From positions 1 through 64,000 of the forward strand of contig CAVPPT010000027.1 in assembly GCA_963707405.1 (NCBI GenBank): DNA of 64,000 bases, given 5' to 3'. The position numbers and the translations under genes are program-made. Positions 1 to 9,339 of this stretch are shown piece after piece. This DNA comes from an uncultured Planctomycetaceae bacterium (lineage in GTDB: Bacteria > Planctomycetota > Planctomycetia > Planctomycetales > Planctomycetaceae). Position 1 is the first letter of the stretch, and each line of letters starts with the position of its first letter. The notes under the pieces are model-generated. The model worked only from the letters and a program-made list of their open reading frames with translations, was not told the origin of the DNA and did no database searches.

Positions 1-844
1 AATGTGCACCGTCCCCATGGCGACGACCATCGAAGAGTGCGAGCAGATCTGCCAGAAGGTAAGTGACACCGGGCTGAAGTACATGATGGCGGAAACCGTC
101 GTCTACAGCCGCGAGTTCCTGTTTGTGAAGGAGCTGCTCGACCGCGGCGACCTCGGCAAGATTCAGTATCTGGCTGCATCTCATCCACAGGACATGGACG
201 GCTGGCCCGACTACTGGGAACGGATGATCCCCATGCACTACGCCACACACGTCGTCAGCCCCTGCCTGGGTCTGGTGAACGGTGCGGCGGAGTACGTCAG
301 CTGCTTCGGTTCGGGGACGGTGCGCGAAGACATTCAGAAGAAGTCCGGCAACCGCTTTGCCGTCGAGAGCTGTCACATCAAGATCAAGGACTCGGACGTC
401 GCCTGTCATATCTGGCGGTTCCTGTACGATGTCGCCCGTCAATACCGCGAGAGCATTGATGTGTACGGCACGAAAAAGTCGTTCGAGTGGTCACTCGTCG
501 AGAACGAGCCGCACATCCTGCACACGGCCAAGAAGCCCGAACCGGAGATTGCGGCGAAGCTCGAAGTCCCGGACTATGCTCACCTGCTGCCCAGGGAGAT
601 CCAGCGGTTCACACAGCCGGCTGAGATTCACGATGCCGGGCACCTGTCGTTCATCCAGGGAGGTGGACATGGCGGGTCGCATCCGCACCTGGTGCATGAA
701 TTCGTGAGCGCCCTGATTGAGGACCGCGATCCGTGGCCCAACGCGGTGCAGAGTGCCAACTGGACCTGTGTGGGCATCTGTGCCCATCAGTCGGCCCTGC
801 AGGGAGGGGAGATCGTGCGCCTGCCTGCCTTCACCCTGCAATAG
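1..844 (+). CDS. Gfo/Idh/MocA family oxidoreductase, C-terminal domain only; the gene begins upstream of the window
   Basis: The 280-aa ORF reads into the window start. Its alpha/beta C-terminal fold resembles Gfo/Idh/MocA dehydrogenases (GWPDYWERMIPMHYATH, FIQGGGHGGSHPH). The N-terminal Rossmann domain is absent, so the gene is 5'-truncated by the window edge. Confidence 0.55.
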   Translation, partial: MCTVPMATTIEECEQICQKVSDTGLKYMMAETVVYSREFLFVKELLDRGDLGKIQYLAASHPQDMDGWPDYWERMIPMHYATHVVSPCLGLVNGAAEYVSCFGSGTVREDIQKKSGNRFAVESCHIKIKDSDVACHIWRFLYDVARQYRESIDVYGTKKSFEWSLVENEPHILHTAKKPEPEIAAKLEVPDYAHLLPREIQRFTQPAEIHDAGHLSFIQGGGHGGSHPHLVHEFVSALIEDRDPWPNAVQSANWTCVGICAHQSALQGGEIVRLPAFTLQ

Positions 845-1151
845 CACAGGCTGGAATTGAAAGCCCACGGGCAGCGTCCCATGGGGATGGAAAGACTCTT
901 TGGACCACAACTCTCAGAGGCCGGGTTCAGGCCAACGGCCGCTCCGTCCGCGGGCGGCTCTTAGGTGTCTATTTACGGGAGCTTACGTCACGAGCGTGCG
1001 GCTCTCCCGGATGGTCATCATGGTGGCTGGCAGATCGACCGGTCGCCCGTCGTCTTCCCTGCGACTCCCGACCTCTGAGGATGGATAAGGTGACTGCGTG
1101 ACTGAAGTCGAAAGAGAGATCACATTCCACAATCCCACTTGCGACGCGGGA

Positions 1152-1400
1152 TCAAACGGCTCCCCGGAAGTTGAGTTCAATCTGGGGGACCGGATGAACG
1201 AAAGGGCGCGACGTGCTGATGGGATGCGTAACCAGTCTGGCCTGAGCTGCTTCGTCAACCACTTCTCCGCGCAATACACGAACATGACGGGGAGCGTCGA
1301 TTCCCAGCTTGATGTTGCCACGTCCGGTCTGAATCACTTTGACGACGATGTCGTCGCCGATGCAGATGGTGTCAGCCTGCTTGCGTGTCAGAACCAGCAT
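1152..1400 (-). CDS. csrA: Carbon storage regulator CsrA (RNA-binding global regulator), 82 aa with a C-terminal extension
   Basis: MLVLTRKQADTICIGDDIVVKVIQTGRGNIKLGIDAPRHVRVLRGEVVDE matches the CsrA consensus (MLILTRR..IGD...V.V......V.IGI.AP..V.V.REE). A strong AAGGAG RBS lies 7 nt upstream of the ATG. Confidence 0.75.
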   Translation of the reverse strand: MLVLTRKQADTICIGDDIVVKVIQTGRGNIKLGIDAPRHVRVLRGEVVDEAAQARLVTHPISTSRPFVHPVPQIELNFRGAV

Positions 1401-1871
1401 GATGCACTCCTTCTTGTGATGTGAACCCGACAGTCACTTGTCGAGATTTTGGTTGAGACTCCTTGTCCCCCCTTGTTCTCAGCAGGCACAAGTGACTGTT
1501 GGACATGGCTGAACCCCTGACGCAGTTCCCATGCCGGCCATCAATGCGTGGCTTTAAACGCACCTCACAACACCCCATAACATGCTTGCCAGCAGGCACT
1601 TACACCATGCCGCCAAAACATCTCTGATCCCCAGCGACAGCCTCATTCGAGTACATGTCTTGCACAGTCTGCCAGTGAAGCGAGAATGGACTTGCAAGCA
1701 TTTCATGGGCAGACTGGCCGTCGAACCCATGGTAAGCCCGATGCACACTCACGGGCAAAAACCCGGTTTGCATGCACTCGTCGGACCCGCTAAACTGCCT
1801 CCTCGCAGGTTTCAAAAACTCCGCTGTGCGTCGATCGAGAGTGACGGCACAGACAGACTCAGGATGTGCGG

Positions 1872-2174
1872 ATGAGTACCCTCAAGAAGAACAAGCGGAT
1901 CAAGCTGGCCAAGCGGCTCAAGCTCTACGGAGATCTCAAGCCAACGTTCGGCAACAGCATTGAGTATCGCGGCAAGGCGAAGTATTTGGGAGGCAACGGT
2001 CGCAAGCCGACAGGCATTACCCGCCGGCTGTTCAAGAAAAACCTGCGACGCATTCAGGTCGTTGAGGATGGCAAGGTCGTCCGACGCCGCGTGCCGGTGC
2101 GGCTGATCCGATCCGGCCAGGTCGTCAAGCCGGTGGTGCGGGCCCCGTTCACGCTCGACGAGTCCGAGAGTTGA
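1872..2174 (+). CDS. rpmB: 50S ribosomal protein L28 (bL28) with an unusual ~35-aa basic N-terminal extension
   Basis: [44 protein letters not shown] aligns with the L28 core (GNNVSHSNRKTKRRFLPNLQ.V.V..G..KR..VS.R.LRSG.V). A rho-independent terminator follows. The start could instead be the GTG at 1866. Confidence 0.55.
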   Translation: MSTLKKNKRIKLAKRLKLYGDLKPTFGNSIEYRGKAKYLGGNGRKPTGITRRLFKKNLRRIQVVEDGKVVRRRVPVRLIRSGQVVKPVVRAPFTLDESES

Positions 2175-2202
2175 CGCCCTGCCCACGGGATTTCACAGTA
2201 CA

Positions 2203-2230
2203 GCCTCCGAAATTGTCGGAGGCTTTTTTG
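2203..2230 (+). terminator. Rho-independent terminator downstream of rpmB
   Basis: A 7-bp GC-rich stem (CCTCCGA/TCGGAGG) with loop AATTG is followed by TTTTTTGTT. Confidence 0.6.
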
Positions 2231-2305
2231 TTGCCGTTGCAAAACGCGTTCAAATGCAGCGTGCATTCATACGCACGACGAAACTTGCGTTGTGTTTCAG
2301 TTCTA

Positions 2306-2379
2306 GGGGCCGTAGCTCAATCGGTTAGAGCAGCAGACTCATAATCTGTTGGTTGTGGGTTCGAGTCCCACCGGCCCCA
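2306..2379 (+). tRNA. tRNA-Met, anticodon CAT; elongator type with a G1-C72 pair, or possibly a tRNA-Ile2 lysidine type
   Basis: Manual cloverleaf: acceptor GGGGCCG/CGGCCCC, D-arm GCTC-AATCGGTTA-GAGC, anticodon stem GCAGA/TCTGT with loop CTCATAA (U33, CAT, A37), T-arm GTGGG-TTCGAGT-CCCAC, discriminator A. CCA is not encoded. Confidence 0.85.
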
Positions 2380-3124
2380 CATGAACACTTGCACAGATAT
2401 CGTCACGAGTCGCAGGATGCCGTTTTCTCGGGTTTTCTTGTGGTTCGTGCGAGTCCCTGCCAAGTCCCGCGTGCGCCTGCTGCGCCGCTTTTTGCGCCGC
2501 GTGCTGGAAGTGTTCGCTTGTCATCATCAGGTAGTGACGCATGGCCACCGTGAGCGTGTTCCCCATCCACGCCGTGACGACTTGAACCGGGTAGGTTTCC
2601 ACGAGTTCGGTTTCACGAGATGCCCGCAGGTTGTGCCAGGGCCGGGGCCACGATTCGAGTCCCGCGCGTCCGATGATCTTTGTGAACGTGGTTCGCAGGT
2701 TGCTGTTCGCCCATCCGGGCGGGCCGTCAGCCGCATTGCGGAACCGTTCGTCGATGCAGTAGGTGGCACCGTCCGGGGCCAGCTCGAACGACTCGGACAG
2801 ATACGGCACCTGTTCGGGGAACAGGGGGATGGTTCGAGTACCGCCCCCTACGTAGTGCTCCGTGTTGGGAGACGTGACGAGCACGCGGCCGGCCTCCCAG
2901 TCGATGTCCTTCCACCTTAGGGAAGGAACCTCCGACGGACACCGCAGGCCACCATAGCGGGCCAAGGCCACCATCAGACGCCAGTTATGGTCGATGCAAG
3001 CCTTCGTTACTCCGTCAATGTCCTCTTGCGAAATGAACCGCTGACGATCCTTGATCCCCGTTGCCGCCACTTTCACGCCTTGAAAGGGATTCTCTGAGAT
3101 CAGCTTCCGCCGTCCCAACGCCAA
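2339..3124 (-). CDS. Tyrosine recombinase/phage-type integrase, catalytic domain. The 3' end overlaps the tRNA-Met 3' half. The N-terminal part appears in a different frame (3015..3434), so the gene is frameshifted or truncated.
   Basis: Motifs GGLRCPSE..LRWKDID, H-x-LR, and a catalytic Y in AMRHYLMMT fit the integrase R..HxxR..Y pattern. The last ~14 codons are the reverse translation of tRNA bases 2339-2379, the classic tRNA-att arrangement. An ORF overlapping at 3015..3434 in another frame would give a ~365-aa integrase if joined. Confidence 0.65.
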   Translation of the reverse strand: MALGRRKLISENPFQGVKVAATGIKDRQRFISQEDIDGVTKACIDHNWRLMVALARYGGLRCPSEVPSLRWKDIDWEAGRVLVTSPNTEHYVGGGTRTIPLFPEQVPYLSESFELAPDGATYCIDERFRNAADGPPGWANSNLRTTFTKIIGRAGLESWPRPWHNLRASRETELVETYPVQVVTAWMGNTLTVAMRHYLMMTSEHFQHAAQKAAQQAHAGLGRDSHEPQENPRKRHPATRDDICASVHVGPVGLEPTTNRL

Positions 3125-3479
3125 TGGTCTTACTCCCTGACGATCCTGACACCCCCCGCAGCGCCTCCCAGAGTACCACTGCCGTCAAGCGAGTTTTTGT
3201 AGAGTAGGCGGGGCCGAAGCCCCGCCCCTCTTCAAACCGGACGAGCGGAGTGGCCTGTCCCCGCGTCAGCGCGTTGTTGAGAGCCAGCTTGGCTTGGATT
3301 GCCGGCTGGCCATCCCCAGCGGCCATTTGCGCCAGTCGCTCCATCACCACCGCCGAACCGGGATCGACGGTTTCCTGCTCTGACTGGCCATCGTGCTTCC
3401 CACTGAATGACAGAGAATGATAAGGACGTCTCAACCACGACGTGCGCCACGTCTAGGCATTGGCTTTGAACCTGTGGAG

Positions 3480-3680
3480 TCAATCCATCTCGGCGTCGGC
3501 ATGGATCTTTTCGTCGACGGTGCGGGCGATGAGAAGCGACTCGTTGAGAGCGCGCTGCAGCCACTGCCGTTCCTGGCCGTCTGGCACGCGGCCGGCAACC
3601 ACATACGCGGCGTAGATTGTCGCTGTGCTGTTGACCAGAACGGTTTCGGAAGGTTGCAGCGCAATGTATGGCTTCGCCAT
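3480..3680 (-). CDS. Small hypothetical protein, 66 aa
   Basis: ATG start at 3680 preceded by an AAGAGGT RBS. Sequence MAKPYIALQPSETVLVNSTATIYAAYVVAGRVPDGQERQWLQRALNESLLIARTVDEKIHADAEMD. No recognisable family. Confidence 0.4.
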   Translation of the reverse strand: MAKPYIALQPSETVLVNSTATIYAAYVVAGRVPDGQERQWLQRALNESLLIARTVDEKIHADAEMD

Positions 3681-3767
3681 GACAGATACCTCTTGATGAT
3701 TAGACTCCGATGGACATTTCCGCTTCGGCCGATCGACCGTATCTTCTTCAGCAACACACCTCAAACA

Positions 3768-5042
3768 TCACTTGCCGCTTGATTGATCCGTGACGCGACG
3801 ATTCTCGCCGAGTCGCCCAAACAGCTTTTCGAGAAAGTCAGGCACTCCAAGGAACGACATGCCGTCCGCATTCCCGAGAACCTCCCGCAGCGCGACGGCA
3901 TCGGTGCCAAGAACGTCTGCGTCGGCTTGCAGCTGAATCTTGCGGGCGGCTGCCTCGCGTTCCGCCTTTGCCGGCAGGAAGGCGACCGCACACGCCTCGA
4001 CCGCCGCACTGTGAATCTGCTTTGGCAGCCTGACTTCCTGAAGTTCCACACGAGCCACGTCCAGGCCGTATTCGCTGACTTTCTTTCGGATTTCGGACTG
4101 TAGTCGATGGGCAAGTGCGTCGGTCGTCTCCTGATAGGTCTTCAATGATCCCTCCGCGCCGGAAATGTTCGCAGGCAGTTCCGACGAGATCTGATTGGCG
4201 ACCAGGAGCGCCGTACTCGTCTTTGCGAGTTCCTGCCGACCCACGGATTCGGCCATCATCGCGATCCAGGTCTTTGCCATACTCAACGATCCGCGAACTT
4301 GACGCGGTTCGTCCCCTTCATCATCGTCGTCTTCCCAGTCATCCGAACCGTGATCAGAAACTGATCCCAGATTCTCACTGATGGACAGGTAGTATCGTTC
4401 CAGGTCCATCAAACGCCACCAGATCGTCATGCGAACGGTGACCGGCAGGTAGTCCTTGGTGAAGACATTGTGATCGGTAAAGACCGTGGACTGAATCGTC
4501 AGGGGCACGCGCAGGCCTAGCTGTTCACCAAGAATCGGAAAGATATAGCGGATCCCACCACCGTCGTGCGGATTGTTGTCGACCGCATGAACCTGCTTGT
4601 TCTTCAGAAACACGACACCTTCGGTCGGCTCCCAGAGCACCATCTTTCCGAAACCGTGTAGAACATCCCGTGACTTGTCGTGATGACTCATGGCGCTGGA
4701 TTTCACCAGAAATAGCCCCGCGATCACGGCGATCAGGAGGAGCGAGAGGACGCCGAACACTCCGAGAATCCACGAGAACGGAACTGACAGGATGACGCAG
4801 CCAGCGATGACCACGCCGGTCATCAAAACCCATGCCAGGACGATCCACGTGATCAACTGCCCAAGATTGTCCCACGCCGGTGGTTCGCCGGAAGTCGCGT
4901 GACGATCGTCAATCTGGCCAAGATCGATGGCTGGTATCCGCACGGGTTCTTTGCAGCTCGGGCAGCGGACCCGGCGACCCGCGTAGCGGGCTCCGGCCCG
5001 GATTCTCTTCCCGCAGTTGCAGTCAGCGACTACTGTTGCCAT
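3768..5042 (-). CDS. Membrane protein with an N-terminal Cys4 zinc ribbon, 2 TM helices, and a C-terminal SPFH/band-7 (stomatin/prohibitin/HflK-C-like) domain
   Basis: Zinc-ribbon-like CNCGKRIRAGARYAGRRVRCPSCKEP at the N-terminus. Hydrophobic segments LITWIVLAWVLMTGVVIAGCVIL and ILGVFGVLSLLLIAVIAGLFLV. SPFH-like core (IRYIFPILGEQLGLRVPLTIQS, QEVRLPKQIHSAAVEACAVAF, AEREAAARKIQLQADA). Confidence 0.65.
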   Translation of the reverse strand: MATVVADCNCGKRIRAGARYAGRRVRCPSCKEPVRIPAIDLGQIDDRHATSGEPPAWDNLGQLITWIVLAWVLMTGVVIAGCVILSVPFSWILGVFGVLSLLLIAVIAGLFLVKSSAMSHHDKSRDVLHGFGKMVLWEPTEGVVFLKNKQVHAVDNNPHDGGGIRYIFPILGEQLGLRVPLTIQSTVFTDHNVFTKDYLPVTVRMTIWWRLMDLERYYLSISENLGSVSDHGSDDWEDDDDEGDEPRQVRGSLSMAKTWIAMMAESVGRQELAKTSTALLVANQISSELPANISGAEGSLKTYQETTDALAHRLQSEIRKKVSEYGLDVARVELQEVRLPKQIHSAAVEACAVAFLPAKAEREAAARKIQLQADADVLGTDAVALREVLGNADGMSFLGVPDFLEKLFGRLGENRRVTDQSSGK

Positions 5043-5099
5043 GCGTCTGCCGTCCCTTCTGTGCCTGCTAAACTCCGATTTGGGCCTGGAACTGCATCA

Positions 5100-6657
5100 T
5101 CAGCCCGCGATTTCAGTCGCGGTTCGAATGCCTGATTCAACGGCACCCTCGATCCAACGGTGATCCAGCGAGGTGTGCTCACCGGCAAAGTGGATCCTTC
5201 CCTCTGGCTGTTTGATCACTTGGTAGTAGCGTTGCTCCTGTCCCGGATTGAATAGTGCGAATCCTCCGCCGAAGTTTTCCATGTCACCCCACATGACGCT
5301 CGTCCCTCCCTCGATCAATTCCCTTCCCTTGATCTGCGGGTGCAGGCGTTCCAGATCCTCGGTCGCTTGTTGCACCTGATCCTCGACGCTGAGGTGCGAC
5401 CAGCTCCGTGCATCACGCGCCCAGGTGTAACTGGCGAGAAGAACACCACGTTTCCCGACACCTCGAAATCCACCGGAATGCTGCGGATACCACGTGGAGC
5501 GGATTCCGAGATCCGACTCACTTCCGCCGCCAAAGATTCCCTCGGCCTCCCAGAAGCGCTCCCGGCACTGCAGAAGGATTTTCTCCGAGTCGTCGTAGTT
5601 GAGGCCTGTGATCGCTGCCCATTTGATCGGGCTGAAGTCGCGCAATCCCTCGATGTGCCGCAATCTCGGAAACGGAATCGCCAAGATCGCATGGTCGCCG
5701 CTCATGGTATGCATGGAGTCCAAAGACGTCTTGTAGGTCACCGTTACGGAGGAGTCATTCTGCCGAATCTCCGTCATCTTGGCGTCGAAAAGAATGTCGT
5801 TCGCCAGGTGTGGATAGAAGGACCACGGCAGAGTGTCCGAGCCTCCCTTGATCTCGTAGAGGTTCTGAAACGACCCCGACAGAACCTCCCACAACAGTGC
5901 AGTGACCGAATGATTCAACCGGGCACGTTGATTCTCGATGACGCCGTAGAACGTAATGGCATCATCCGACCAACCCTTTCGCTTCCAGGAATTGGCGTGT
6001 TGTGAAATCGCCCCATTCGTTTAGGATCTCATCCCAGCCACCGGCGGCATACTGTTGTCGTAATGGCTCCACGGTCTCGTTCCACAGCTGTTTCGGGGTT
6101 TTGCCCCGTTCGTGATCATTCAATTGCAGCCCGCCGATCACCGGATTCCGTTCGAACTCTTCCCAGGTCATTCGCTGATTGTTAATCATGAGAAACTGAC
6201 TCTTGCGATCCATGATGAATGGTTGTGTTTCCAACTCAAACTTGTCGATGTACCGCCACGTCAGTCGATGTGCGTCGGGGATCCTCATCGCACCGCCTTC
6301 GGCATACAGTCCGTGTGTGAAGGGTTCGCGGAGTGTCCAAACGCGTCCGCCGATGCGTCGCGACGCTTCCAGAACTGTGACGCGGTGGCCCGCTCGTTTG
6401 AGTTCGTATGCCGCTACGAGACCCGCCATTCCGGCGCGAATCACCAGAACATGCTTTGGATCGGTCGTCGTTGGGAGTCCATCGTCGATCGTTCGGAGCA
6501 TTGCGTCCTTTTCGGCTGCCTCTGCCGCCGACAGAAAGCGCGAGCTTTGAAGGCCAGCGATGGCGGCGATCCCAAGCTTCATGAAATCTCGTCGCAACAT
6601 GCCATTGCTACCGCACCCCCTCGATTCTCCATGTGAGTGTTGCTTCGAATTGTTCAT
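5100..6657 (-). pseudogene. Tat-signal flavin-containing amine oxidase (monoamine/L-amino-acid oxidase family), split into two frames between 5918 and 5962
   Basis: N-terminal part (ends at 5962) carries a twin-arginine signal (RRDFMKLGIAAIAG) and the FAD dinucleotide fold (VLVIRAGMAGLVAAYELKRAGHRVTVLEASRRIGGRV). The C-terminal part (5100..5918) has the amine-oxidase signature (IHFAGEHTS..WIEGAVESG). The two parts total ~520 aa, the normal length, but sit in different frames. This is a real frameshift or an assembly indel. Confidence 0.6.
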
Positions 6658-6755
6658 TTGCGGTTCCTTTCGGCTTTGGAAGTGAAGATGCGAGTCGACG
6701 GAATCGAGTTCCAACGATGCAATGGTGAACTAGTTCTCGCACGGTTTCGGAGCAC

Positions 6756-7533
6756 TCACGCATCTGCCAGGCTCTCCTTCAGACAGCCCAGCAGATCGAC
6801 GTAGCGCACCACGATCATGACTCCGACGACCATCGTGGCCAGCGGCAGCAGCAGGCTGAGAGGCCCTGCCAGCCCGCTCCCCAATCGCGCGACGAGCCCC
6901 ACGTAGAAACAGCGGGACGATGGCGAAGCCTGCCCCCCAATAGGAGAAGCTGCTCGGCGTGCATCACTCCCGCGGCTGAGCCGGCAAACGCCGCCAGCTT
7001 CTTCAGCGCAAAGACGAACAGGAAGAACGAAGCTGCCCACGCAAGAAACCCGATGATCCCCAGCCCCACACCGGGCAGTCGAGTGACCAGGCTCACACCA
7101 TGCAGGCCGACCGCACCGGCGACCAACCACTGGGTATTGGATTCTCTCGGAGCCGCTCAGGCACATCGTCTGGCCAGTCAGCGTCAGCAGGGCAACTCCC
7201 CAACGCAGCGTTGATCCGACTGGAATCGCCAGCGGCAGGAGATTGATGAGAAATGCGGCGACATTCACCAGCAGTCCCGCCAGCACGAATCGCAATCCGT
7301 TCAAGGCCGTGATCCTGCTGCGACCGGCGGGGAGCCCGTTGATTCGGTTTGCCATCATCGTTGCCCGGCTTGCTCTGCGATTTCTTCCGCCGAAGCACAG
7401 CCGGCGGAAGCGCCTGTCGGGCAGGCACACGGATCGACTGGCCGCAGTTTTTACACGTGACACGTCTTCCGGACGCCTCGTCGCGGACCCTGTATCCCGT
7501 TCCACATTCGGTACATTGGATTGCGACGGTCAT
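6756..7533 (-). pseudogene. Zn-ribbon, multi-TM membrane protein disrupted by at least 3 frame changes. It is a paralog of the membrane protein at 7999..8649.
   Basis: The N-terminus (7093..7533 frame) has a Cys4 ribbon, CTECGTGYRVRDEASGRRVTCKNCGQSIRVP, similar to the ribbon of the 3768..5042 protein. TM-rich pieces continue in three different frames (INGLPAGRSRITALNGLRFVLAGLL..., GLGIIGFLAWAASFFLFVFAL..., MVVGVMIVVRYVDLLGCLKESLADA). The C-terminal motif RYVDLLG matches RYVSLLG of the neighbouring gene. Confidence 0.45.
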
Positions 7534-7937
7534 TCGGATTCCTTTGAAAAGGAGCCTTGAAACTCACTTTTCGGATTTGCCGAGGCGTTTCGACATAAGG
7601 TTGATCGCGCGAAGCGAGTGCACGACAACAAGGTTCCCGGCCGGTGAGGGGGTCTCTTGCGACTTCTACCTCACCGGCCGGGCGTCTTCGAGTTGTCGGT
7701 CGTTAGTACTCAGTCATCAGTGTTCTGTTTTCGGTTGCGCACGGGAGGCGTGAGCCTCCCGATAACTCCTGCACCAGATGCCAGCCTGTGATTCACGGCG
7801 ACTCCCTCTCCCCCACGAGTGGCGCTCGCCAACGGTCTACGCGCTGAGGTGGGGGAGCGGGGGATCAGTGGCGACATGTTTCTGGCTCTCCTGTTGATGT
7901 CACGTTGTTCGTAGCGGGGACTGACGTCCTCCGCGCG

Positions 7938-7975
7938 GCCCCAGGGCACTGCTGGACCAGCCAGCAGTGGCACGC
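7938..7975. repeat. Palindromic hairpin element, copy 1 of 2 (CACTGCTGG-ACCAG-CCAGCAGTG core)
   Basis: A ~33-nt motif tgctggaccagccagcagtggcacgcggcgcac recurs with 4-5 mismatches at 9211-9243. Both copies lie just 3' of minus-strand genes. Confidence 0.35.
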
Positions 7976-7998
7976 GGCGCACAGAATCAACGGCAGCA

Positions 7999-8649
7999 TT
8001 ACGCGATCGATCCGGCCTGACTGCTTACTGTGTTTGATACGGCCCGCTTCCTGGTGCGCCGGCGCGGGACCAGGGCGGCCTTCATGCGACCCAGTAAGCT
8101 CACGTAGCGGATAAATCCAATGAGCATCAGCGGCAGTGCAATGATGATGACCAAGGCGAGGGGCGGAAACACCAGCGTACCCACGAACGCCAGCAGCCAC
8201 GTGATGATGCCCCCGATACCGATGCGCAGCACGCTGGCCGCCTGTTCACTCAGCGCCGGCTGATTGATGGATTCAGCCAGACGCATCAGAAAGACGAGAA
8301 ACAGGACAGGTGCCACGAGCGCCATCAACGACCCGACAGCGCCGACAAACGGAGGAACGACTGCCACGTAACGCGCGAGGCCTAGAACCGTACCGGCGAT
8401 GTCCAAGCCGACGGCGGCGAGAATGATCTCTTTGGTGCCGGTTTTCTCAGGAACACCCAGGCAGTAAAGTTTGCCGACCAAGCTCATCACCCCGGCTGCG
8501 AGCATCAGCACCGGCAGAATGCGTCCCCATCCCGTCGGGCCCATCAATCCATTGAGAAACAGGAGCGAGACGGTCACCACGGCGACTACAAGTCCGTAGT
8601 ACACCAGACTGATCCCGCGGCGAACCGAACTCCAGGAATCTGTGGTCAT
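7999..8649 (-). CDS. Polytopic membrane protein, 6 predicted TM helices, Gly-rich, function unknown
   Basis: Likely start is MTTDSW (ATG at 8649) with a GGAG RBS 9 nt upstream. Highly hydrophobic sequence ending IRYVSLLGRMKAALVPRRR. Paralogous to the degraded gene at 6756..7533. Confidence 0.5.
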   Translation of the reverse strand: MTTDSWSSVRRGISLVYYGLVVAVVTVSLLFLNGLMGPTGWGRILPVLMLAAGVMSLVGKLYCLGVPEKTGTKEIILAAVGLDIAGTVLGLARYVAVVPPFVGAVGSLMALVAPVLFLVFLMRLAESINQPALSEQAASVLRIGIGGIITWLLAFVGTLVFPPLALVIIIALPLMLIGFIRYVSLLGRMKAALVPRRRTRKRAVSNTVSSQAGSIA

Positions 8650-9204
8650 CAGATGTTGCTCCACTTCGTGCCTTGGTGATGGTTGGCTGCCGGCGAAGGA
8701 CAGGCCTGTCGCACCTGGCCCTCGTTGTCTTCCCGGCTGATCTGCATCGTTGCCTGAAGTCTCCGTTCCCTTGAGGTGGCGAAGTGCCCGCAACATCACC
8801 ACCAATTCAGCCCTGCAGACGGAGAGAAAACTGGTCGGAGTTTTTGCCAGTTTTCTTGGTGAAGTGCCGTAAGGCGCTGGCTCCATTCACCTTAGGACTT
8901 CCGGGCCACCGGCAAGAACTGCCGGTCGCTGGCAGTCGCCGGCACGTTGGGGGGCCGTGCCGTGCGATCGACGCGTACTCACCCGCCGGCGCTGGCTGGC
9001 TGTGGCGCGTCGCCGGACATTCGCCGTCAGTTGTCCGTTGGCGAGAGTGACTCGCGGTCCCGCTCTGGTGGCGTCAGCCAGTGCAGGACGATGAGGACGA
9101 CCTGTGCGTGTTCCGTTCTGAGTCGTCAACAATCAATGGTGCGAGTTCAGTTTCCCAACCCCGTGGGTGGCAACCCACGGGTACCCGAACGTCAATCGAC
9201 CTCC

Positions 9205-9245
9205 GCATTGCTGGCCCAGTCAGCAGTGGCACACGGCGTACTCAC
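9205..9245. repeat. Palindromic hairpin element, copy 2 of 2
   Basis: ttgctggcccagtcagcagtggcacacggcgtac, a near-copy of the element at 7938-7975. Confidence 0.35.
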
Positions 9246-9339
9246 TCAAGTCGAGTGATTTCTCCTCGATGAAGCGCCTCACGAGCTGGTCAAAAGCTCC
9301 CTATCAACTCATCGCCCAAGGCGACCTGAATGATGCGGG

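Noticed and set aside
2527-2942. Small minus- and plus-strand ORFs inside the integrase gene
   Set aside because: Alternative-frame shadows of the integrase coding region.
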